DNA of 61,338 nucleotides, filler included. It is 4 parts of 4 records of this genome, joined end to end, with 100 filler letters (N's around TTAATTAATTAA, not from the genome) between each part and the next. Parts side by side here need not be neighbours in the genome. Positions count along the whole stretch, not along the records: positions 16,828 to 35,200 come from SRR20825010_5704; positions 35,301 to 57,418 come from SRR20825010_5705; 2 more parts are not named here. The stretch is one strand, 5' to 3'. Below the pieces are notes generated by a model, which saw only the letters and a program-made list of their open reading frames with translations, was not told where the DNA came from and did no database searches. A program made the translations under genes and the position numbers. Each line of letters begins with the position of its first letter. The stretch's first letter is position 1. Shown here piece by piece: positions 29,453 through 39,244 of the stretch.

Positions 29453-30499
29453 TTAATGTATTTCAATCCTAACCCTCCTCTCCGCACTCTCATAAGCCGC
29501 ATCAATGATCTTCATTACATTCACACCGTCCTTTGAGGAGACAGGTTCTGGTTGGTTGTTGGTAATGGATTGATAAACACCTTCATAATACTCGAAGTAG
29601 TTTCCTGCATGTGTCCTGATTTTTTCGCGGATCACCTTTCCCTCTATTTCGGTATGCAGCAAGCCCTCCAAATCCGTTGATTCAATTCCATATTTTGGAT
29701 CGTTCGGCTTCATGTTTAGTTTCAGTTGATCCTCCTGCACATCACCACGGATCTTTAAAAAGGAACCTTTTGTGCCATGGACCACAAAGGAGGGAACCGG
29801 CTCCCGATAATAATAACCAGCTTTGAGGTGCACCCGGTGAGTATCGTAATTCATCAAAATGTCAAAATAGTCCGCCACCTGACTGGTTGGCCGGGTGATA
29901 GCAATATCTGCAAAGACCGAGTTCGGCATTCCGTAAAGAAAAAGTGCTTGATCAATCAAATGCGGGCCCAAATCATGAACAATGCCAGCACCCGGTCCGG
30001 GATTTTCTTTATGCGTTTTCGGGCTTAATTCAGGAACGTAGCGGGCGTAGGAAAAAGTGGTTTCTACCATCTCGCCAAGTAGCCCTTTTTCCACTACTTC
30101 TTTCACTGTTTTAAAGTCACTGTCCCATCGTCGGTTTTGGAAAACGCATAGTTTCAGATTTTTGGCGTCAGCCAACTGTTGTAATTCGATAGCTTCTTTT
30201 GCATTGTCAGTGAAGGCTTTTTCCACGACCACATGCTTGCCAGCCTCCAGAGCTTTTTTCACATATTCATAATGTGTCAAAGTAGGCGTATTCACCACCA
30301 CTAAATCAACTGAATCATCCGATAAGACTGTCTCCATGCTTTCATAGCTTCGAACATTGGGATAGTATTGTTGAATAGCTTTTTTCGAGCGTTCCCATGA
30401 ACCTAGCAGCGTAAATCCAGGGTGTAGATGAATAAATGGCGCATGAAACACATGACCGGACATACCAAAGGAAAGGAGGGCTGCATTGATGTTTTTCAT
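29453..30499 (-). CDS. Gfo/Idh/MocA oxidoreductase (YdgJ-like)
   Basis: FGMSGHVFHAP, VVVEKAF, FQNRRWDSDF, DLGPHLIDQA. Confidence 0.9.
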   Translation of the reverse strand: MKNINAALLSFGMSGHVFHAPFIHLHPGFTLLGSWERSKKAIQQYYPNVRSYESMETVLSDDSVDLVVVNTPTLTHYEYVKKALEAGKHVVVEKAFTDNAKEAIELQQLADAKNLKLCVFQNRRWDSDFKTVKEVVEKGLLGEMVETTFSYARYVPELSPKTHKENPGPGAGIVHDLGPHLIDQALFLYGMPNSVFADIAITRPTSQVADYFDILMNYDTHRVHLKAGYYYREPVPSFVVHGTKGSFLKIRGDVQEDQLKLNMKPNDPKYGIESTDLEGLLHTEIEGKVIREKIRTHAGNYFEYYEGVYQSITNNQPEPVSSKDGVNVMKIIDAAYESAERRVRIEIH

Positions 30500-30584
30500 T
30501 GGTCAATGATTTGGGATGATTATTCAAATTAATAAAAACCGTGTAGAACGAACACACTTCTCGAAAAGAGTATCCAAACAAGGC

Positions 30585-30971
30585 TTAGTTTGCACTAATT
30601 TTGATCTGAATTACAGTTGCAATCGATAAAGCACGGATCTTGGCCAGTTCCGCTGTGTTTCCTTCGAAAAGCTCAGTGATTGTTTCCGTGAACAGTTTCA
30701 GCCATCGATCAAAATGTTTTTTATCGATCGGATGTTTAGCATTCAGGTTGAAGTGGGCAGTCATTGGATTGCCCTTGTAAACCGATTTTTGGAAAAGGAT
30801 GGATTCCCAAAAGTCATACATAACAGGGATGTGTTTCTCCCAATCAAGTTTCACAACTTCCGAAAAGAAAAACCCGATTGTTTCGTCTTTTACAACTTTC
30901 TTATAAAAGGAATCGACTAGCAATTCAACATCCTGACGTGTGGCAATATCTGGTTTGGTCAGTTCAGACAT
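30585..30971 (-). CDS. Group III truncated hemoglobin
   Basis: LVDSFYKKV..D..IGFFF, WEKHIP.MYDFW, PMTAH, HFDRWLKLF; start MSELTK overlaps the ABC gene stop. Confidence 0.88.
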   Translation of the reverse strand: MSELTKPDIATRQDVELLVDSFYKKVVKDETIGFFFSEVVKLDWEKHIPVMYDFWESILFQKSVYKGNPMTAHFNLNAKHPIDKKHFDRWLKLFTETITELFEGNTAELAKIRALSIATVIQIKISAN

Positions 30972-32757
30972 CAGCTTCTTCTGTTTCGCCCTGTAGCTGT
31001 TTGTCATGGAGTTCTTTGTAAACACCACCGCTTTCGAGTAGCGACTCATGCGTGCCCTGCTCTACCATATAACCATCGTCCAGTACTATGATTTTGTCCG
31101 CCAGCTTCGCAGAAGAAACCCGGTGGGAAATAATAACCGATGTTCTGCCTTTCATGATACGCGCCATGGCGTTCAGAATTGTGTTTTCAGTTTTAGTATC
31201 CACAGCAGAGAGTGCATCATCTAAAATTAGAATTTTAGGCTCGCGCGCGATGGCCCTCGCGATTGAAACGCGCTGTTTTTGGCCACCTGATAGGGTAATT
31301 CCTCGTTCACCCACCCGTGTATCAAATCCAATGGGAAAGCGATCAATATTTTCAAGTAGGTCAGCATCCGAAGCAGCTTTTTTGATTCCTTCTTCGGAAA
31401 GATCACCCAAGCCAAAAGCGATGTTTTCAGAAATGGTATCTGAGAACAGAAAGACGTCCTGAGGCACATAGCCAATCTGACTTCTGATGCTATCCAGACT
31501 GTATTTTTTGATGTTTTCTTTGTCAATAAGAATTTGGCCAGTGTCTACATCGTACATGCGGCAGATGAGGTTGGCAATGGTCGATTTGCCAGAACCTGTT
31601 GTGCCGATAATTGCGATAGATTCACCTGGATTTACCTGAAAAGAAATATTTTTGAGCGCTTTGATCCCAGAATCCGGATAGGTGAACGAGACATCCTTGA
31701 AGTTTATTTTGCCAAGAATGTCGGCTTCCAAATTTTCTGTGGAAACGATCTCGTTTTTTGTTTCGAGGAATTCATTGATGCGTTTCTGAGAGGCTGCTGC
31801 TCGCTGCACGATGCTGGTGATCCAACCGAGGGAAGTCACCGGCCAGGTGAGCATATTCACATAGATGATAAACTCAGCGATGTTACCCGTGCTAACAGCG
31901 CCTTTGAAAACCTCAACCGATCCTACATATACTGTGATGATCACACTCAAGCCAATCAGCCCCATGATTAATGGGAAAAATAGCGCCTGAACAAAAGCCA
32001 ATTTCAATGATTTGTCTTTGTATCCATCGCTTGCTTTCTCGAATTCAGCATACATGTCATCTTCGCGGACAAAAGATTTGATCACACGAATTCCCGAAAA
32101 TGCCTCTTGGACAAATGTGGACAAACCCGATAAGCTTTCCTGAATTTCTTCAGAACGCTTGTTGATGATGTTGTTCACAAAATAGATGCTAAGCGAAAGG
32201 AGAGGAAGTGGCAATAGCGAATAAAGTGTTAAAGTCGGGTTGATGTAGATCATATAAGGAATGACCATGGCGAAAAGCGTGACCATATTCACCCCGTACA
32301 TTATTGCCGGTCCGATGTACATCCGAACCCTGCTCACATCCTCAGAAATCCGGTTCATTAAGTCACCGGTATTGTTGCGTCTGTAGAAGCTTAACGGTAG
32401 AGTTTGATAATGGTGATAGATTTCGTTTTTCAAATCGTATTCTACCAGTCGCGACATCACAATGATGGTTTGCCTCATGAAAAACATGAACACTCCACGC
32501 AATAAAGCTGACACCAAAATCACTACTGCAAGAATTAAAACACTCGAGGTAATCATGTCGAAGGACTCAGATTGGGAGTCAAAACCGTCGAAAGATTGAA
32601 AAATTGTGAAAGAATTTTGAAGGAGGTCAAACGAATATCTTACAACCACAGCGGGAATAATGCCAAAGAAATTGGAGATGATTATGAAAATCGTCCCCAG
32701 AATCAGATGCCATTTATATTTTTTGAGATATTTATTGAGGTGTGCTAAGTCTTTCAC
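30964..32757 (-). CDS. ABC exporter, fused permease/ATPase (MdlA/MsbA-like)
   Basis: TGDLMNRI, GTTGSGKST, LSGGQKQR, ILDDALSAVD, ISHR; probable GTG start 32757. Confidence 0.93.
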   Translation of the reverse strand: MKDLAHLNKYLKKYKWHLILGTIFIIISNFFGIIPAVVVRYSFDLLQNSFTIFQSFDGFDSQSESFDMITSSVLILAVVILVSALLRGVFMFFMRQTIIVMSRLVEYDLKNEIYHHYQTLPLSFYRRNNTGDLMNRISEDVSRVRMYIGPAIMYGVNMVTLFAMVIPYMIYINPTLTLYSLLPLPLLSLSIYFVNNIINKRSEEIQESLSGLSTFVQEAFSGIRVIKSFVREDDMYAEFEKASDGYKDKSLKLAFVQALFFPLIMGLIGLSVIITVYVGSVEVFKGAVSTGNIAEFIIYVNMLTWPVTSLGWITSIVQRAAASQKRINEFLETKNEIVSTENLEADILGKINFKDVSFTYPDSGIKALKNISFQVNPGESIAIIGTTGSGKSTIANLICRMYDVDTGQILIDKENIKKYSLDSIRSQIGYVPQDVFLFSDTISENIAFGLGDLSEEGIKKAASDADLLENIDRFPIGFDTRVGERGITLSGGQKQRVSIARAIAREPKILILDDALSAVDTKTENTILNAMARIMKGRTSVIISHRVSSAKLADKIIVLDDGYMVEQGTHESLLESGGVYKELHDKQLQGETEEADV

Positions 32758-32877
32758 AGAGGTTAAAACGGTCAAGGCTAAAAATAGTTATTCGCTTGAA
32801 AAACACTATTTTTGGCCCTTTCTTAGGGGTTGAACGAAACCCTTTGAAGTATTGAAAAAGCAAAGAAACACTATATC

Positions 32878-33975
32878 ATGATAGATATCCAACCCCAGGT
32901 ACAAAAGAGTGATATTTTTGGGACTATGTCCCGGATGGATCACGAGCAGCTTGTGTTTTGCCACGATGAGGCCACAGGTTTAAAAGCCATCATCGCCATA
33001 CACAACACGGTGCTCGGGCCCGCCATGGGTGGCACACGTATGTGGCACTACACATCCGAAGAAGCGGCAATTAAAGATGCGCTTCGGCTTTCCAGAGGAA
33101 TGACTTTCAAGAATGCCATCGCCGGCCTGAATATAGGCGGAGGAAAAGCTGTTATTATCGGTGATGCGAAAAAACTAAAAAACGAAATGCTTATGCGTCG
33201 TTTTGGCAAGTTTGTAAATAGCCTGAATGGCAAATACTGGACTGCTGAGGACGTGAATATGACATCCAGGGATATGGAATATATCCGGATGGAGACTCCA
33301 TTTGTTACAGGTATTCCCGAGAGAATGGGCGGATCGGGTGACCCAAGTCCGGTTACAGCTTATGGCGTTTACATCGGTATGAAAGCCAGCGCCAAAAGGG
33401 CCTATGGTTCCGACAGCCTAAAAGGAAAGCGGGTACTGGTTCAGGGCGCAGGCCATGTTGGTTCTTATTTGATCGAGCATTTGGTGAAGGAAGGTGCAGA
33501 AGTTTTTGTGTCGGATATTTTCGAAGATAAGATTGAAGCTGTTGTTAAGAAATACAAAGTATCTGTAGTGCCAGCGGAAGAAGTCTATGATTTTGATATG
33601 GATATCTATGCCCCTTGCGCTTTGGGAGCAACCCTGAATGAAAACACCATTCCTGGCTTGAAATGCCAGATTGTAGCGGGTGCTGCCAATAATCAACTCG
33701 ATGATGAAAAGCTTGATGGTATCCGTTTAAGAGATCGGGGAATCATTTATGCACCAGATTTTTTAATCAATTCCGGAGGGATCACCAATGTGTATTACGA
33801 ACAGCAGGGTAACTACAATAAAGAAAAAGTATACGAGCAAACAGAAAGAATTTATGATGTTTGCTCAGATGTTCTGACCTTTGCAGAGAAAAATGATATT
33901 ACGACCCATGAGGCGGCTTTACAATTGGCACTTAAGCGAATTGAAAGTGTCGGAAAGATCAAGATATCGTATTAA
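32878..33975 (+). CDS. Glu/Leu/Phe/Val dehydrogenase (leucine dehydrogenase-like)
   Basis: LGPAMGGTR, LSRGMTFK, GGGKAVI, TAEDV, QGAGHVG, APCALG, GAANNQL. Confidence 0.93.
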   Translation: MIDIQPQVQKSDIFGTMSRMDHEQLVFCHDEATGLKAIIAIHNTVLGPAMGGTRMWHYTSEEAAIKDALRLSRGMTFKNAIAGLNIGGGKAVIIGDAKKLKNEMLMRRFGKFVNSLNGKYWTAEDVNMTSRDMEYIRMETPFVTGIPERMGGSGDPSPVTAYGVYIGMKASAKRAYGSDSLKGKRVLVQGAGHVGSYLIEHLVKEGAEVFVSDIFEDKIEAVVKKYKVSVVPAEEVYDFDMDIYAPCALGATLNENTIPGLKCQIVAGAANNQLDDEKLDGIRLRDRGIIYAPDFLINSGGITNVYYEQQGNYNKEKVYEQTERIYDVCSDVLTFAEKNDITTHEAALQLALKRIESVGKIKISY

Positions 33976-33994
33976 ACCAAAAACGTTCATATAA

Positions 33995-35170
33995 ATGCTT
34001 AATCGTAGGATTCTCCGTGTCAAGGCCATGCAGGCCCTCTACAGTTATTTCTTGGCACAAGGGTCACTCCAAAAATTGATCAATGCTGACTTGGAGTCAC
34101 TGTATTACCCCGATCCTGCGAAAGATGATTTTGCAGATGCGGATATTTTCACCGTAAAACGTAAAACCGCATCGCGTTTATATTATGAGTTTCTTCACAC
34201 CAAAGAAGTCAAAGCTGAGGAAGGGGTCGAGGAGGAGATTATCGAAAATGTTCAAGCCCACATCAACCGATACTATCGGGATACAAACACTGAACTTAGA
34301 GCCATCGAGCAGCGCATGCTTAAAGACATAGATGGTCTTGACCCCATTTATCTAAAACTCATTCAACTCGCCGTGGAGTTTGCCCATGTTGAGAAACTGG
34401 AAAAGGATAAAAAGGATAGGGCTCATATAAAAAAGGCATCCTATTGGAATTATCATTTCATCAACAACCCGTTGATTGATGCGTTGACCAAGTTTGAAGC
34501 ATTCAACAAGGCGCAAATCGAGCATAAAGTAAGCTGGCAGGCGGATATCGATTTGGTGAAAACCTGGTATCGGGACATTTTGCTAAAAGATGAATTCTTA
34601 ATTGACTATCAGAAAAAGGCAGAACCTAGCTTGGAGGAGCACACAGAGGCCATCATTCATCTCTTCAAAAAAATCATTTTCAAAAATGAGGTGATCGCCG
34701 ACTACCTCTCTTCAATCGATCTTCATTGGTCTGAAAATCAACCGGTATTGAAGAGTTTGGTTGTAAAAACCTTTCAGGAATATGAGCCCGATTTGGAAGA
34801 GCCGTTCGCGCTTAAAGAAGTAAGCAGAAACGAAGAAGAAGACATTGAATTTTTCAAGAAACTCTTCAACCAAACGGTGAAGAAAGAAGAAGAACTGGAT
34901 GCCATTATTACCAAGCGAACCAAAAACTGGGATATTTCCAGAGTGGCGATCACGGACAGGATTTTATTGCGGATGGCATTAACAGAAATGATGATCTTTC
35001 ATAGCATTCCTGTAAAAGTGACAATCAATGAGTTTATTGAGATTTCAAAAAACTACTCCACACCGAAAAGCAAACAATTTATTAACGGGATTTTGGATGT
35101 ATTGGCAAACCAACTAACTTCGGATGGCGTAATAAGAAAGAGCGGCAGAGGGCTGATCGACAATAAATAA
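33995..35170 (+). CDS. nusB: Transcription antitermination factor NusB (long Bacteroidota form)
   Basis: MLNRRILRVKAMQALY; NWDISRVAITDRILL, IPVKVTINEFIEISKNYSTPKSKQFINGILD. Confidence 0.9.
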   Translation: MLNRRILRVKAMQALYSYFLAQGSLQKLINADLESLYYPDPAKDDFADADIFTVKRKTASRLYYEFLHTKEVKAEEGVEEEIIENVQAHINRYYRDTNTELRAIEQRMLKDIDGLDPIYLKLIQLAVEFAHVEKLEKDKKDRAHIKKASYWNYHFINNPLIDALTKFEAFNKAQIEHKVSWQADIDLVKTWYRDILLKDEFLIDYQKKAEPSLEEHTEAIIHLFKKIIFKNEVIADYLSSIDLHWSENQPVLKSLVVKTFQEYEPDLEEPFALKEVSRNEEEDIEFFKKLFNQTVKKEEELDAIITKRTKNWDISRVAITDRILLRMALTEMMIFHSIPVKVTINEFIEISKNYSTPKSKQFINGILDVLANQLTSDGVIRKSGRGLIDNK

Positions 35171-35200
35171 AACAAGAGTATTATGAGTGGAAGATCCGGA

Positions 35201-35300
35201 NNNNNNNNNNNNNNNNNNNNNNNNNNNNNNNNNNNNNNNNNNNNTTAATTAATTAANNNNNNNNNNNNNNNNNNNNNNNNNNNNNNNNNNNNNNNNNNNN
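35201..35300. other. Artificial contig spacer
   Basis: 44 N + TTAATTAATTAA + 44 N. Confidence 0.99.
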
Positions 35301-35330
35301 TTGGTATGTAGTAGTTGGTATGTAGTAGTT
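35301..35330 (+). repeat. Short tandem repeat at contig start
   Basis: TTGGTATGTAGTAG x2 plus partial copy. Confidence 0.8.
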
Positions 35331-35384
35331 AGATATTGGAAACTGGTGGATAGATATGATTTGTCTTCATCAAACATAAAAACC

Positions 35385-35416
35385 TTAACACTTTAACACA
35401 TTAACACATTAACACA
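35385..35416 (+). repeat. Octamer tandem repeat
   Basis: TTAACACT TTAACACA TTAACACA TTAACACA. Confidence 0.9.
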
Positions 35417-35431
35417 TCAGAACTTTAGTAA

Positions 35432-36040
35432 ATGAAAATAATCTGTATCGGACGTAATTATGTGGAGCACATTGCGGAGCTTGGAAATGAGCGGCCTTCT
35501 GAGCCGGTTATCTTCATGAAGCCAGACACGGCTTTGCTTCGAAACAATGAGCCTTTCTTTATTCCTGGTTTTTCAAATGACGTGCATCACGAAGTGGAAG
35601 TGGTCGTTAAGATCAAAAAGGAAGGAAAATCCATCGCTAAGGAATTTGCACATAAATACTACGATGAGATCGGTTTGGGAATTGACTTTACCGCAAGGGA
35701 CGTACAATCCAAACTAAAGGACAAGGGATTGCCGTGGGAAAAAGCCAAAGCATTTAACCACTCTGCTCCTATCTCCGACTTTATTTCCAAAGAAGGATTC
35801 AATCTCAATGACCTTAATTTTGAGTTGAAAATAAACAACGAAACGGTACAGAAAGGCAATACCAGTTTGATGCTCTGGCCGATCGATGAAATCATTTCCT
35901 ACGTGTCTCAATTCTTCGCTCTAAAAACCGGCGACCTCATTTTCACCGGAACGCCAAAGGGTGTGGGACCTGTTAAAATTGGCGATACGCTCACGGGCTT
36001 TCTGGAAGGCAAACAACTATTCGAATTCGAAATTCGCTGA
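35432..36040 (+). CDS. Fumarylacetoacetate hydrolase family protein
   Basis: KIICIGRNY..H..E, HHEVE, DFTARDVQ, PWEKAK, GDLIFTGTPKGVG. Confidence 0.93.
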   Translation: MKIICIGRNYVEHIAELGNERPSEPVIFMKPDTALLRNNEPFFIPGFSNDVHHEVEVVVKIKKEGKSIAKEFAHKYYDEIGLGIDFTARDVQSKLKDKGLPWEKAKAFNHSAPISDFISKEGFNLNDLNFELKINNETVQKGNTSLMLWPIDEIISYVSQFFALKTGDLIFTGTPKGVGPVKIGDTLTGFLEGKQLFEFEIR

Positions 36041-36214
36041 AAAGAATAGGATTTGAAATTGTAGGATTTTCTTTCGTCAAAATGGTATCCATCCAAGGTT
36101 TATCCGTCATTCTGATCTGTTGAACGAGTATTTTTCAAGAATAGGGCCATTCCATTTTATGGTCTATACCAGCCTCTCTATATTTACCCAAATCCCGATA
36201 ACGAGCTATTGTTA

Positions 36215-38074
36215 ATGCGCATTTCCTTTTTTCTTTTCCTGTTTACATCCCTGTTTTTTGTTCATGCTCAAAAGTCCTCTTTGGAAGGCTATTTTGCCTT
36301 TCCAATAAATCCGGGCTCACAAAATTACCTTGCCGGCACCATGGGCGAGTTGCGTTCGTCGCATTTCCACGCTGGGATCGACATTAAGACTGGTGGCGCT
36401 ATTGGCTTGCCTGTCTATGCAGCTGCCGATGGCCATGTGTCGCGGATCAAAGTGGCTACCGGAGGATATGGAAACGCCCTGTATCTGGCTCACCCCAACG
36501 GCACCTCGACCGTCTATGCGCATTTGGACAAATACAATGATAAAATCGGTAGTTACATATTGGAGAATCAATACAAACGCGAGACGTTCGAAATTGAGTT
36601 GTTCCCGCCATCCAGCCGCTTCCCAGTGAAAAAAGGCGATATCATCGCCTACTCGGGAAACACCGGCTCCTCCAGCGGACCGCATTTGCATTTTGAGGTT
36701 CGTGATGAAAACCAGAACATCCTTGACCCTCTCTTATTTGGTTTCAAGGAGATCACCGATAGGCAAACACCTTTGCTGAAAAGCATTGCGTTTGTCACCC
36801 TGAATCCCGATTCAAGAGTGAACCACACCTTCGGATGGCATGATTTTGAGGTCATAAAAACGGATCACTTCACCACACGGGTACCTATCAAACTACAAGG
36901 AAAAATAGGGGTGGAAATCTACGGGTATGACCGGCAAGATGGCGTTTACAGCAAAAACGGAATCTCAGAAATCGTAATGAAAATCGATGGGGACACGGTT
37001 TTCAGTCAAATCACTTCGAAGCTCTCCTTCTCCAAACAGCGCAACATCCTTGCCCACATGGACTATGCCGCCAACCGGGAAAAAGGACTGAAATACAACA
37101 AGCTTTTTCTGGATGACGGCAACACACACAACATCTACCAAACCGCCTCTTCCGGTTTCGTTTTTGACGATTCAGTGCATCTCATCCAGATCTACCTGAA
37201 GGATTCCTATGGGAATATTTCCACCTTCGAAACCAAAGTAAACAACCACAAAATCGTGAACAAACCCGATCCACGGATCAACAACTTTGAGTTTTTCAGA
37301 AACTACATGCATTTCAAAGCCAAGCACACCGGCAACCCAAACCTCATACAACTCTATCTCGGTCAGGCATTTGTTGAGATCAGCCCTTATCGTACGGACA
37401 AGCAAAGTGCCTATTACCTCTGGGATTTGCGAAACGGGCTACCCGACTCTATTAACTTATGTGGGGAGGTACTGAAAACAGATATTTACACGGAAATCCC
37501 GTCGGAACGTGAAACCTCCTTCTACAACCACAGCATCGACCTCTACTTTTCTAAATATTCCCTCTTTGACACGCTTTATCTGCGCTTTGACAAAGGTTTG
37601 GATACGGCCAGACAACTGGAACTGTTCAATTTTCATCACGCCGATGTGCCGCTAAAGTCTTCAGTGGAACTCACACTAAAACCAACGAGAACCTATCCGG
37701 ATTCCACCACAGCCGTGTATGCGGTTTATGGAAAATCGCTCAGCTACATGGGTGGCACATGGAAGGATGGAACTATCAGCTTCAAAACCACCGATTTGGT
37801 CAGCTATACACTGGCGCAAGACACCATTCCCCCGATGATCATCCCATCTATCGTGAACAAGGACAAAGTGTATTTCAAAATAGACGATGACAAATCAGGA
37901 ATCAAGAGCTTCCGGGCCACCATCAATGGGGAGTTTGTGCTGATGAACTATGAATACAAAAAGCGACTGATCTGGTCGGAGAAATTAACACCAAACATTC
38001 CGTTCGTAGGGGAGTTTGTACTGGAGGTGGAAGACAACACCGGAAACAAAGCGTATTACACAAAAACATTTTAA
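36215..38074 (+). CDS. M23 family metallopeptidase
   Basis: HFHAGID, YAHL, SGNTGSSSGPHLHFEVR; signal peptide; start 36215 or 36209. Confidence 0.9.
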   Translation: MRISFFLFLFTSLFFVHAQKSSLEGYFAFPINPGSQNYLAGTMGELRSSHFHAGIDIKTGGAIGLPVYAAADGHVSRIKVATGGYGNALYLAHPNGTSTVYAHLDKYNDKIGSYILENQYKRETFEIELFPPSSRFPVKKGDIIAYSGNTGSSSGPHLHFEVRDENQNILDPLLFGFKEITDRQTPLLKSIAFVTLNPDSRVNHTFGWHDFEVIKTDHFTTRVPIKLQGKIGVEIYGYDRQDGVYSKNGISEIVMKIDGDTVFSQITSKLSFSKQRNILAHMDYAANREKGLKYNKLFLDDGNTHNIYQTASSGFVFDDSVHLIQIYLKDSYGNISTFETKVNNHKIVNKPDPRINNFEFFRNYMHFKAKHTGNPNLIQLYLGQAFVEISPYRTDKQSAYYLWDLRNGLPDSINLCGEVLKTDIYTEIPSERETSFYNHSIDLYFSKYSLFDTLYLRFDKGLDTARQLELFNFHHADVPLKSSVELTLKPTRTYPDSTTAVYAVYGKSLSYMGGTWKDGTISFKTTDLVSYTLAQDTIPPMIIPSIVNKDKVYFKIDDDKSGIKSFRATINGEFVLMNYEYKKRLIWSEKLTPNIPFVGEFVLEVEDNTGNKAYYTKTF

Positions 38075-38076
38075 CC

Positions 38077-38529
38077 ATGGCATTGAACATAGGAGATCAG
38101 GCACCCGATTTTGAAAGCATCGACCAGGACGGAAACCCCATCCGACTCTCGGATTTTAAGGAAAAAAAGATTGTGCTTTATTTCTACCCGAACGATGATA
38201 CCCCAGGCTGCACGGCCGAATCCTGCGACTTGCGGGATAACTATGACCGTTTTCTTAAACTAGGTTATGTGGTACTGGGCATCAGCAGCAACAGCCCAAA
38301 ATCACATTTGAAATTTATCAAAAAATACAGTCTCCCCTTTCCGCTCATTGCCGATGAGGACAAGTCCGTGCATGAGAAATACGGCACCTGGCAAGAGAAA
38401 AATACGTTTGGAAAAACATACATGGGTACGGTAAGAACCACTTTTGTTATCGATGAAAAAGGGGTGCTCTTAGATGTCATTTCGAAAGTGGATACGAAGA
38501 GCCATACGGAACAGATTCTGAAAAAATAG
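38077..38529 (+). CDS. bcp: Thioredoxin-dependent thiol peroxidase (BCP/PrxQ)
   Basis: FYPNDDTPGCTAESC. Confidence 0.93.
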   Translation: MALNIGDQAPDFESIDQDGNPIRLSDFKEKKIVLYFYPNDDTPGCTAESCDLRDNYDRFLKLGYVVLGISSNSPKSHLKFIKKYSLPFPLIADEDKSVHEKYGTWQEKNTFGKTYMGTVRTTFVIDEKGVLLDVISKVDTKSHTEQILKK

Positions 38530-38596
38530 CGCTACTATCAACCAAATTTTCATTCCTTTCCAAAATTGGTTAGATTGATAGATCAATTCGAGCCAA

Positions 38597-39130
38597 TTGA
38601 AATCCTTTGGAGCCATATTACTGCTGTTGTTATTCCTTACGATCCATGTTGGGCATATTGGCTATTATTGGTATGGATTAAAGCAAATTGATCAGTATTG
38701 GTTGGAAGAAACAGAACTGAATTACGAGCTGAAAGAAGTCACAATCAAAATAAATCTTCCTTATTGGAACACCGAAGAGGAGTATAAGCCCACGCATGGA
38801 GCCCTGGAAATAGACGGTAAAAAATATCGAAAAGTAATGCAGAAATATGACTCAGAGGGCCTGCATGTACTCCTTGCGGAGGATTTCCCAACTGAGCGAC
38901 TCAATCGGACCATAGCCGATTGGATGCAGATGACCACCGACACTGAATCTTCAAGAAGTGGTTCCAGCAGTAAGTTGATCAAAAGCTTAATTAAAGAATA
39001 CACGCCAACTGGATCTGTTTATTTGGACAACTGCTTGCAAGAAATTGCTTCTAGCATCAACCCTAAATATTGTCAATTTTCACTCAGTGATGGTTACCAG
39101 TCTATAGTCACCCCTCCCCCGCAAGGTTAA
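38597..39130 (+). CDS. Membrane-anchored hypothetical protein ending in a polyproline motif
   Basis: N-terminal hydrophobic helix, LPYW, EIDGKKY, C-terminus SIVTPPPQG. Confidence 0.75.
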   Translation: MKSFGAILLLLLFLTIHVGHIGYYWYGLKQIDQYWLEETELNYELKEVTIKINLPYWNTEEEYKPTHGALEIDGKKYRKVMQKYDSEGLHVLLAEDFPTERLNRTIADWMQMTTDTESSRSGSSSKLIKSLIKEYTPTGSVYLDNCLQEIASSINPKYCQFSLSDGYQSIVTPPPQG

Positions 39131-39166
39131 TTTCTTTCCCCCCTTCTTTATTTATAATTAACCCAC

Positions 39167-39230
39167 TGACCAGACTTGTTTGGCATTACTACTATGTGGT
39201 AAATGGTCAAGAATGACGCATATCTGGTCA
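39167..39230 (+). promoter_or_regulatory. Structured leader hairpin 14 nt upstream of the barrel gene
   Basis: Outer stem TGACCAGA (39167-39174) / TCTGGTCA (39223-39230), inner CTTG/CAAG and TACTAC/GTGGTA; no T tract. Confidence 0.5.
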
Positions 39231-39244
39231 TCAATATTTAAAAA

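Noticed and set aside
35183-35200. ATG start of a gene after nusB
   Set aside because: Only six codons before the spacer; too little to call
35301-35416. Possible CRISPR array at the start of contig 3
   Set aside because: Units are 8-14 nt, directly adjacent, with no spacers and no cas genes
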